Shown piece after piece: positions 1 to 7,696 of a DNA stretch of 64,000 nt. A model generated the notes under the pieces. It was not told the DNA's origin, made no database searches, and saw only the letters and a program-made list of their open reading frames with translations. Where the stretch lies: the NCBI GenBank assembly GCA_041484665.1, contig JBGPIA010000001.1, positions 832,001 to 896,000 of the forward strand, in the 5' to 3' direction. How positions within the stretch are numbered: the stretch's first letter is position 1; the number at the start of each line of letters is the position of its first letter. Position numbers and translations under genes: made by a program. The DNA is from Candidatus Krumholzibacteriia bacterium (lineage in GTDB: Bacteria > Krumholzibacteriota > Krumholzibacteriia > JAJRXK01).

Positions 1-200
1 GCGTTGCTGTTGACGCCCTGACCTCGATCGGCGCCCACGAGGAACTAGAAGTCGGGAGTACCGTCGCCGTCGAGGTCGTCCACGAGGGTGGCGTGATGGT
101 CGAGGATCCTGATCTGGGCGCCCCACTCGGGCAGCCGGTCGCAGCGATGGCGAGGGCCGGGATGATACAGATGCAGGCGCGCGTCGGCACCGGCGGTCAC
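1..200 (-). pseudogene. FG-GAP/VCBS-like repeat remnant, interrupted by an in-frame TAG and running off the window edge
   Basis: GTG overlaps the stop of the GWxTD gene. Manual translation gives ...TLVDDLDGDGTPDF*FLVGAD..., matching the FG-GAP DxDGDGxxD-xxVGA motif with TAG at 45-47. Confidence 0.35.
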
Positions 201-2818
201 CCCTTGCTCCCCGCGGATCGAGCCTCCGCCTTCGCCTTGCGGAACGGCTGGAAGCGGCTGGTCTTCTCGCCGGAGAGCAGGTCCTCGATGGTCACGACCA
301 GCACGTAGCGACCGGGCGCAAGCTCCGCGATGTCCACCTCGCCGCCCTTCACCACGTGCCGCTGCGCGGAGATGCCGCTGGTCTCCTCGAGGAACGTCAC
401 GCTCATGGGATCGATGCGATCGTTGCCGCCGCGCCGGAACGACTTCAGGGGCTTGCCCTTGTTACCGCTCTGACGGTCCCGGTAGATATCGTAGGTGACA
501 TTGAAGCGCGTCTGGCCGTCCTTGCCTGTCGAGAGGTTGTACACCTCGTAATAGACATACACGTCTTCGGTCGCCTCGGCGTACACCCCGGCCGGAACGG
601 GGATGATCCCATAACCGTGCTTGACGAACTCCACGGGGATCGGCAGTGGCGCAGAGCAAGGCGAGAACGTCGCCGCCAGCTGCAGGTCGGACAGCGCCAG
701 CATCCCGGTGGTGGGCGGCTCGAGCACGACCTGGCTGCGCACGGCGCGGTGCCCGCCATCGCGCACGTCGGTGACGTCCAGAGCAACCTCGTAGTCTCCC
801 GGAGGCAGGTCGGCGGCGAACTGCAGCAGCAGCGGTCCCTCGCCGTCGCGCGCCGCGGCATCCCCCAGCGCCCGCAGCAGGGAACCGAGGCGCCGTTCTG
901 CACCCAGGGTGTGCCGCTCGTACTGGATGCGGTGGTGACCGCTGTCGAAGACCGCCAGCTCCACCAGGGCCAGCGCCGTGCTGTCCTGACGCAGGTCGGC
1001 GGGCAGCGGGAGCGGCGGACTGGCGGCGGTGGCTGGCCGCGCGAGGGCCGGCGTGCCGGAAGCTGCCGCCGCGGCCACGGCGGGCGGCCCCGGGGAGTCC
1101 TCCGGCTTCAGCGGCGTCACCGCGACGTACGCCTCCAGCGTGGAGCGGCCGGCACCGCGCTGGAATCCGGCGGTCACCACACCCACCGCCAGGGCGGGCT
1201 CGCGCTGTGGAGGCGGTTCCGCGATCAGCGGCACCTGCTTGCTGAAGGCGAGCAGGCTCTGGCGCGAGTCGCGCGTGGTCACCCAGCGCTTGTGGTAGGT
1301 GAGGTCGCGGAACAACAGCCCGAAGGCGTTGTCCGGCAGCCGGTAAATCCACATCCAGTAGCCCACGTGCTGCGAGACCCCAACCCCCAATCGCTCACCG
1401 CGGATCGGCGTGCCCTCGAACATGTCCAGCAGGTCGCCGAAGCCCGGTGCCTCGTAGCGAGTCTCCGTGGGAGGCCCCCAGCGGACCCACGCCATTCCGG
1501 GCTCGGTCTCCCAGCCGCGCCCCGCTCCGTGCTCCTCGCCAAAGAGCAGGTCCGCCTCCACCATCCGGCGCCAGAAGACCAGCCGATCACGGTTCGCCAG
1601 ATGGGTCGGCCAAGGGTTGCGGTCGCGCCACCACGCCTCCACGGCGACGCGTCGTACCGTGGTGTCCCTCGCCGCTTTCTTGAGGTTGATGCCGTCCTGC
1701 GGCTTCCAGTCGCCGTCTTGATGCTGCATGGCCGCCAGGAGCGTCGCGCTGTCGGCCACAGCCGCGTACCCGTGGCGCAGCGCGTCCTCCAGCACCAGGC
1801 CCTTGCCGAGCAGGAAGAGCTGCCGGGTCCAGGGATCCAGGCTGTCGAGCGCTCGGTGGAACGCTCCCCACGCGGCCTCATCCTGCTGCAGCGCGGTGCG
1901 CGCGGCGCCCGCGAGCAAGAGCCCGGCGGTGGCGAAGGAGTCGCTCGCTGCAAGGTGATCGCCGGTGCTGGCGGCTGCGGCGTACTCGCCTAGGATCAGC
2001 TCGCAGCCGCCCAGCCCCAACCACCCCGCCATCGAGGTGGAGTCGGCGGACACGGCCGCGGCGTACGCGTTACGCGCGCGGGTGAAGCGCTCGTGGTCGA
2101 GCAGCTTGCGACCTTCGAGGAACTCGAAGTGCGCCAGGCCCAGGTGCCCCTGCGCCTGGCCAGGAAAGGTCTTCGTGAGCTGGCCGTACCACCTCTCCGC
2201 TTGCCCCGGATACTGCATGCGCTGCGCCGTCGCCGCGCGCAGCCGGTACGCCTCGAACAGGGCCGGATCCAACGCGATGGCCTGGTCAAGATACTCGAGC
2301 GCCGTGCGCCGGTGCTTGAACATGTCGGTGGCCAGGTAGAGCTGCGCGAGGCGGAAGGCCAAGCGTCCGCGGTCCGGCGTCGAGGGCGTGGCCAGCAAAG
2401 CGTCGAGGCTGTCGATGCGGGCGAAGATCCGCTTCATCGGGAGCCCCTGGCCCTCCAGGGGTGGGTCGCTGGCGGGGGGCATCAGCCGCAGCGCCCCGGC
2501 AACTGCGGCGACGCAGTCGGCGACCGCCGCCGTGTCGGGCAGGGCAGCTGCATCGGCAAACGCGGTCGAATCGGCGAAGGCGGCCGTGCCGGCTGCGGTG
2601 GCTTTGTCGGCCGCGGCGGCTGTGTCGGCCGCGGCTGCCGCATCGGCGGGGGCAGCCGTGTCCGCAAGAGCCGAGCTCACGTCGATCGCGACGCGCTCCG
2701 CACCCGCGGCGATTTCGGTGAGGGCAGGCGCCCTCACGCGGTCGGCAGCGTCGCCCAGCGCGGCGAGCGCAGCGGCCGGCAGGATGAGCAGAGGCGCCAG
2801 GTTCCAGGCTCGTGGCAT
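197..2818 (-). CDS. GWxTD domain-containing secreted protein with TPR-like helical repeats
   Basis: N-terminal signal peptide; TPR-like segment (ALEYLDQAIALDP, AQGHLGLA); motif WRRMVEADLLFG...GWETEPGMAWVRWGPP resembling GWxTDRG-x-YGPP; C-terminal Ig-like domains (LAPGRYVLVVTIED). Confidence 0.8.
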   Translation of the reverse strand: MPRAWNLAPLLILPAAALAALGDAADRVRAPALTEIAAGAERVAIDVSSALADTAAPADAAAAADTAAAADKATAAGTAAFADSTAFADAAALPDTAAVADCVAAVAGALRLMPPASDPPLEGQGLPMKRIFARIDSLDALLATPSTPDRGRLAFRLAQLYLATDMFKHRRTALEYLDQAIALDPALFEAYRLRAATAQRMQYPGQAERWYGQLTKTFPGQAQGHLGLAHFEFLEGRKLLDHERFTRARNAYAAAVSADSTSMAGWLGLGGCELILGEYAAAASTGDHLAASDSFATAGLLLAGAARTALQQDEAAWGAFHRALDSLDPWTRQLFLLGKGLVLEDALRHGYAAVADSATLLAAMQHQDGDWKPQDGINLKKAARDTTVRRVAVEAWWRDRNPWPTHLANRDRLVFWRRMVEADLLFGEEHGAGRGWETEPGMAWVRWGPPTETRYEAPGFGDLLDMFEGTPIRGERLGVGVSQHVGYWMWIYRLPDNAFGLLFRDLTYHKRWVTTRDSRQSLLAFSKQVPLIAEPPPQREPALAVGVVTAGFQRGAGRSTLEAYVAVTPLKPEDSPGPPAVAAAAASGTPALARPATAASPPLPLPADLRQDSTALALVELAVFDSGHHRIQYERHTLGAERRLGSLLRALGDAAARDGEGPLLLQFAADLPPGDYEVALDVTDVRDGGHRAVRSQVVLEPPTTGMLALSDLQLAATFSPCSAPLPIPVEFVKHGYGIIPVPAGVYAEATEDVYVYYEVYNLSTGKDGQTRFNVTYDIYRDRQSGNKGKPLKSFRRGGNDRIDPMSVTFLEETSGISAQRHVVKGGEVDIAELAPGRYVLVVTIEDLLSGEKTSRFQPFRKAKAEARSAGSKG
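2516..2665 (-). repeat. Degenerate 18-bp (6-aa) tandem repeat within the GWxTD gene
   Basis: ADTAAP-ADAAAA-ADTAAA-ADKATA-AGTAAF-ADSTAF-ADAAAL-PDTAAV, about 8 units. Confidence 0.7.
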
Positions 2819-2951
2819 CGGCGACCGGGAACGAAAGAGGGGACACGGTGAAGATACCGGACCCCTCCCTGCCGGGCCAAGCCCGCCCGTCCACTTGGGC
2901 CCCGCTCGCGTTGGGCCCCGCTCGCGCGCAGCGGCTTTGGCGCGACGGCCG

Positions 2952-3626
2952 CTAGAGCGTGCCGCCGCCCTTCTTCTCTCTGGTGCTATCGCCCTTCTGG
3001 CGGCCCCGCTCCCGATCGCGGTCCTGTTGCTGCGCCTCCTTGTCGATCATCCCTTGCATCTCGGGGATGTTGAAGTGATGGCTCAGCTTGCTGATCTTGT
3101 CGAACTCGAAGCGGCCCACGATATTCACGAAGACCGCCTGATCGTCCTCGCCCACAGCAACGATCGTCAGCCCCGAGAGCATCGGGCTCTCGCCCGGGTT
3201 TTGCTTGGCCCCGGGCTCCTCCATCTTCACGAAGACGCTGGCGCGCTCAGCGCGGTCCTTGACCTTCACGACCTGCTCCCAGTCCTTGTTGAGGAGCTGC
3301 TTGCTCCAGGTGTCGGACCGGCCGCGCAGCTCCTGCGCCTGCTGCTCGGTGCAATTGAAGACGTTCACGTCGACCAGCTTCAGCCCGGCCACCAGCCCGG
3401 CCAGATCGGGATCGTCCTCGCGCACCGCCCAGTCGGCCAACGACAGCAGCGGCTGCGTGAGGCGGACCTGCACCGTGGGCTCACCACCGAAGTATTTCTC
3501 GAGATCCCCGAAGTCGAAGTAGCCGGGCTCCTTGCGGAGCTCCTCGGGAGTGATGCCGGCCCACGCCGGCGCCGCCAGCGCGAGCGCTGCCACCACCACA
3601 CCCAGGTGTCGCATGATCGTTCTCAT
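2952..3626 (-). CDS. DUF4252-family secreted protein
   Basis: Signal peptide ending AWA; motifs PGYFDFG, GLKLVDVNVF, WEQVVKVKD, AVFVNIVGRFEFDKISKL; follows an anti-sigma gene. Confidence 0.75.
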   Translation of the reverse strand: MRTIMRHLGVVVAALALAAPAWAGITPEELRKEPGYFDFGDLEKYFGGEPTVQVRLTQPLLSLADWAVREDDPDLAGLVAGLKLVDVNVFNCTEQQAQELRGRSDTWSKQLLNKDWEQVVKVKDRAERASVFVKMEEPGAKQNPGESPMLSGLTIVAVGEDDQAVFVNIVGRFEFDKISKLSHHFNIPEMQGMIDKEAQQQDRDRERGRQKGDSTREKKGGGTL

Positions 3627-4408
3627 GTCTGTCTGTCCTCCTCCACTGCGGCTTGGATCGAGCCCGTTCGCTTCTCCGTCCCCGCAGCGCCCGACGGCGG
3701 ACGCCCGCCCCGGTCCAGCGCCTTGAGGAACGGATCGGCGATCGACGAGCGTACGTTTTCCTCTACGAGCGTGTTGGTCCGGTCCATCGTCTTGCCGACG
3801 ATGCCCAGCGCCAGCTTCACCTGCTCGGCAGCAGCGGCGGCCGCCTGGGCGTCGACCCGGGGTTGCACGCCGGGAAGCTGCGGCTGTTCGGTCGATGGCC
3901 CCGCGGCTCTCCGCGCGATCTGCACCTGCTGCGCGCGGCGCGCCAACATCGGAACGACCAAGAGCAGCAGGATCGCCGCCGCGACGGGGATCGCCACCCT
4001 GCTCCAGGCCGGCAGCGGGAGCAGCCGGGGGATGCGCCGGCCCACGCGGGGAGCACGGGACGCATCGCGCGCCCCTGCGTGGCGAGGCGCCTGTGTGGCA
4101 CGCTGCCTCGCCTCACCTCGGGCCGCCCCGGCGGCGGAGGAAGCCTGCGCGAGCTCGCGGTCGACCTGCGCGAGCACGCGCTCGACGACGACATCGGGGC
4201 ACACGATGGGGAGTGTGCCACGGACCATCTGCCGCACATCGGCAGCGTCCTGCGCCAGCGCAGCGCAGGCCGCACACTGCGTCAGGTGCGTCGCCAGTCG
4301 CGGCTCGTCGTCCTCGGCCAGGCGTCCGTCCAGGCCGAGCTCAATCCAATCCTGGACCTGCTCGCACGGGACGGGGGTCATGTCCGTGGGCTCGTTCGGC
4401 CGATTCAT
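3623..4408 (-). CDS. Membrane-anchored zinc-finger (zf-HC2/ZAS) anti-sigma factor
   Basis: CEQVQ...LDGRL...HLTQCAAC (HxxxCxxC); one TM helix (VAIPVAAAILLLLVVP); ATGA overlap with the ECF sigma stop. Confidence 0.85.
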   Translation of the reverse strand: MNRPNEPTDMTPVPCEQVQDWIELGLDGRLAEDDEPRLATHLTQCAACAALAQDAADVRQMVRGTLPIVCPDVVVERVLAQVDRELAQASSAAGAARGEARQRATQAPRHAGARDASRAPRVGRRIPRLLPLPAWSRVAIPVAAAILLLLVVPMLARRAQQVQIARRAAGPSTEQPQLPGVQPRVDAQAAAAAAEQVKLALGIVGKTMDRTNTLVEENVRSSIADPFLKALDRGGRPPSGAAGTEKRTGSIQAAVEEDRQT

Positions 4409-4992
4409 GCCTGCGCTCCTTTGCTCGCGCGCTGCTCCAGCAGATCGCGAAGCCGGTGCCGGGCCCGGTGCAAGGTGACCTTCACCGAGGCCAGCGTCAG
4501 CCCGAGGTTGCTCGCGATGTCCTCGTACGTCATGTCGTGGACCTCGCGCAGGACCAACACCGCCCGCTGCTGCTCGGAGAGCTCCTGCATCGAGCGGACG
4601 ACCCAGGCTGCCTCCACCCGCTGCTCGATCTGCAGGGCACCCTGCCCGCCATCGCTGACCTCCAGCGATCGGGCCGACCCAGCGGCACCGGGGTCGTCAC
4701 GGCCCCCCACCGCTCGAGCGCGACCCGTCCCGGGGTCCTCCAGGGCATCCAGATGGGTGGCCTGGCGGACCTTGCGGCGGCGGTAGAGGTCGAAGCAGGC
4801 GTTGCGGCACACGCGCAGCAGCCAGCCTCGCAGCGCCCCCTCCTGCACCGTCCCCCCCACCCGCCAGAGGGTCAGGAAGACGTGCTGGGTGACGTCCTGG
4901 GCATCCTCCACGTTGCCGGACAGGTGCAGGGCGTACCCGTAGACCGCGTCCTTGTGGTCCTGCAGCAGGCTGGCGAATCGGTCGCGGTCCAT
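4405..4992 (-). CDS. ECF-type RNA polymerase sigma-70 factor
   Basis: Region 2 (DAQDVTQHVFL, WLLRVCRNACFD) and region 4 (TYEDIASNLGLTLASVKVTLHRARHRL). Start reassigned to ATG at 4992. Confidence 0.92.
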   Translation of the reverse strand: MDRDRFASLLQDHKDAVYGYALHLSGNVEDAQDVTQHVFLTLWRVGGTVQEGALRGWLLRVCRNACFDLYRRRKVRQATHLDALEDPGTGRARAVGGRDDPGAAGSARSLEVSDGGQGALQIEQRVEAAWVVRSMQELSEQQRAVLVLREVHDMTYEDIASNLGLTLASVKVTLHRARHRLRDLLEQRASKGAQA

Positions 4993-5023
4993 GGGTCCCT
5001 CCGCCCTCCTGATGCGATGGAAA

Positions 5024-5050
5024 GACGCGGGGGGGCAGGCCGGGGTTACA
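5024..5050 (-). promoter_or_regulatory. Putative autoregulatory ECF promoter
   Basis: Minus strand TGTAAC-N17-CGTC, about 30 nt upstream of the sigma ATG; fits the ECF AAC...CGT architecture. Confidence 0.6.
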
Positions 5051-5072
5051 GGCTCGAGCCCGGGGACGGACC

Positions 5073-7562
5073 CTAGCCGCGAGGCTTCTTGCGCAATGCC
5101 TCCAGGTTGATCTGGATCGACACGCTCGAGCGCAGCAGATCCTCCAGCACCTGCTGCGACGGGCGGGTTGGCCTGGGCTCCTGCGCTCCCCCGGCCGGCG
5201 GCGGCGCTTGGGCCGGCGCCGCGAGCCCAGCAGGCGGTGTGGGGGCCGCGGGTGCGCCGGCCGGTCCCACCCTCCGGGGCGCGCTCTGCTCCTCCATCAT
5301 CGGCCACAAGGCGGCCCGCACGGGCGGCGGCAGGATCGACTCGAGGTACTCCAGCGCCGTGCCGCGCAGCTGTGGGTCGCTGGTGTGGAGCCCCTCGTAG
5401 GCGATCGCGAGCGGTTGCCGCGGATACACCAACGCCAGCAGCGTGAACAGGTGCTGCAAGCTGCGGCTGCCCCGCTCCCGCAGCACGTCGAGGGTGAATG
5501 GGCTGTCGTCGGCCTCGTCCGCTTGGTCCAGCAGCCGCTGACTCTCCCACACCGCCCGGCCGAGCGCCGTCTCGCGCAGCACCGCCTCGAATACGCGCTC
5601 ACGTTCGAACGCGATCGAAGGCGCGGCCCCCTGGATGCGGGCCAGCGCCCGCCCACACTGATAGCGCACCTCGAAGCGCCCGTCCTTCAAGCCCTCGAGC
5701 AGCCCGTCCACTGCGCGCGGAGTCGCCGATGCCGACAGCACGCGAGGCAATCGCCGGCGCACCGTGAACTCGACGCGGTCGTCCAGCAGCGCGTCCACGA
5801 TTTGCCCGCACAGCCGGCGTGCGTTGGCGCGCAGCACCGAGGTCGCCTCGGACGCCAGATCATCGCGGGCGAGCAACGGGATGACATGCGCTGCGACCGC
5901 GGGCTGCAGACTGCGCGTGCGCGCCAGCAGGCCGCGGACGCGTGATGGGTCGCCGCCGCGCAGCGCCGCGATCTCCGCGAGCAGCGGATCGGCAGAGGGC
6001 CCGCGGGCCCCGGCGGATCCGGCTGCAGCGGCCGCAGCAGTTGCCGCGGCCGGTCCAGTTGCCTTGCCCGGACCACTCCCCGCATCCACACCCGTTGCTG
6101 TGCCCGATCCTGCGGCGGCGTCCGCTGCGCGGGCTGACTCCGGCGCGCCGGGAGCACGCACCGTGGCGAGTCGCAGGCTGGTCATCGTCAGCATGACCGT
6201 CGCGCGCGTCGTGCTGTCGAGCGTATCGGTGAGGTCGACATCCACGGCGCGCAGCATGAGATTGCGCTCCAGTGCGCCGACGTAGCTACGGTGTAGACGC
6301 AGCGCGACCCAGGCGCCCGCCAGCGCCAGGGCGACGGCCAAGCCCGTCAGAGCGGGTAGCGCGACCGCCGGCAGCACCAGCAGCACGAGCCGGATCAGCC
6401 CACCGCCCACCGCATCGCCAGCGCGGTCCACTCCCACGTCGATCAGGGCTTTCGACGCGCGCTTCTCTTGAGGCGGCACGGGCGTGAAGAACAGCTCGAA
6501 TCCCGAGCGGAAGAGCGAATTGCGCAGCACGGCCTCCAGCCCGCGCGCCATCGCGCTGGAGAGCAGCCCCGGCGCGGCCAGGGACGCGGCCGCCGTCGCG
6601 GCTACGCCTGCGGGCAACAGCGCGACCGTTCGCGCCAGCCCCAGCCGCTCCAGGCAGACGCGGCTCAACGCCGCCTGGATCAGGAACGCCAGCAAGCTGA
6701 CGGCGACGTAGAAGAGCGCGAAGAAGCGCAGTAGCTCGTGCCCCTCGTACACGGCGACGGCGCGCGCTTTGAAGACGTAGTCCAGCAGGCCGGCTGCCAC
6801 GGTCAGCAGCGCCACCAGCGCGGCGACGTGGCGCAGGTACGGAGCCGTCGTCAGGGCACGGAAGCCGGCGCCGAGGTCCAGCGCCGCCCCGGACCGCTGC
6901 GCGCCCGGCGTCCCTGGCGTCGCCGGCGTCCCCGGTACGCGCAGTGTGCCCGCTGCGCCCGACGCACGGCTCGGCGCTGCGCCCGCCACACCGCCCACCG
7001 GCCGCACCACGCGCAGCGCGACCGCGCACAGCAAGTGCAGCATGGACAGCATCGGCAGCACCGCGAGCATCCCCAGGTGCGTACCCAGCCGCTCGGCGGC
7101 GATGCCGCCCAGCAGCCCGCCGAGGGTGCCGCCCGCGGCGATGCGGCCGATCTCCCGCTTCGCCGCGCGCGGATCGAACGTCTCACCCACCTGGGACCAG
7201 AAGCCGGAGATCAAGAGCGACCCGAGGACGGCGATCTCGAGGTACAGCAGCACCGACCCCACCGCGCGCGCCCGCAGCGCCACCGCCCAGGTCAGCGCCA
7301 TCAGAACTGCGCTCGCGGCGAAGGCGCCGGGGATCACCCTCGCCGGCCCCCATCGTGCCATCGCCCGCGAGGCGAGCAGTACGCCCGCCAGCGAGAGCAG
7401 CGCGGACACCACCAGCATCGTGGGCAGCGCCGTGACTGGGAAGCTGGACAGGAAGAGGCTGTCGCGCGCCGCCTTGCCGGCGACCTGATGGGCGATCATC
7501 AGGAAAGCCGCGGCAGTCGCGGCCGTGGCCGCGGGCGCTGGCCGGGCTCGGGCGTGATCCAT
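5073..7562 (-). CDS. Npt1/NTT-like (MFS-type nucleotide exchange) transporter fused to HEAT repeats
   Basis: KAARDSLFLSSF, FW...FDPRAAKR, LLDYVFK, LRNSLFRSGFELFFTPVP, KALIDVGVDRAGD; about 12 TMs, then HEAT-like repeats (DGRFEVRYQCGRAL). Start reassigned to ATG 7562. Confidence 0.75.
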   Translation of the reverse strand: MDHARARPAPAATAATAAAFLMIAHQVAGKAARDSLFLSSFPVTALPTMLVVSALLSLAGVLLASRAMARWGPARVIPGAFAASAVLMALTWAVALRARAVGSVLLYLEIAVLGSLLISGFWSQVGETFDPRAAKREIGRIAAGGTLGGLLGGIAAERLGTHLGMLAVLPMLSMLHLLCAVALRVVRPVGGVAGAAPSRASGAAGTLRVPGTPATPGTPGAQRSGAALDLGAGFRALTTAPYLRHVAALVALLTVAAGLLDYVFKARAVAVYEGHELLRFFALFYVAVSLLAFLIQAALSRVCLERLGLARTVALLPAGVAATAAASLAAPGLLSSAMARGLEAVLRNSLFRSGFELFFTPVPPQEKRASKALIDVGVDRAGDAVGGGLIRLVLLVLPAVALPALTGLAVALALAGAWVALRLHRSYVGALERNLMLRAVDVDLTDTLDSTTRATVMLTMTSLRLATVRAPGAPESARAADAAAGSGTATGVDAGSGPGKATGPAAATAAAAAAGSAGARGPSADPLLAEIAALRGGDPSRVRGLLARTRSLQPAVAAHVIPLLARDDLASEATSVLRANARRLCGQIVDALLDDRVEFTVRRRLPRVLSASATPRAVDGLLEGLKDGRFEVRYQCGRALARIQGAAPSIAFERERVFEAVLRETALGRAVWESQRLLDQADEADDSPFTLDVLRERGSRSLQHLFTLLALVYPRQPLAIAYEGLHTSDPQLRGTALEYLESILPPPVRAALWPMMEEQSAPRRVGPAGAPAAPTPPAGLAAPAQAPPPAGGAQEPRPTRPSQQVLEDLLRSSVSIQINLEALRKKPRG

Positions 7563-7696
7563 TCCGTCCTCTTCGCGCCCCGCAGCGACCTCGCGTGAGC
7601 CTCCGCGAGAGGCAGGTCTGGCGTTTGACTGTTCGCGTCGGACCCGGTCATTATACTGGCGGTTCCGCCCAGTCGATCCACTCCAAGGAGACCCCC

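Noticed and set aside
356..4478. Long + strand ORFs 356..1993 and 2388..4478, and similar ones such as 17430..19259, 20706..22688 and 37862..39373
   Set aside because: Antisense shadows of recognisable genes; expected in high-GC DNA and carrying no motifs.
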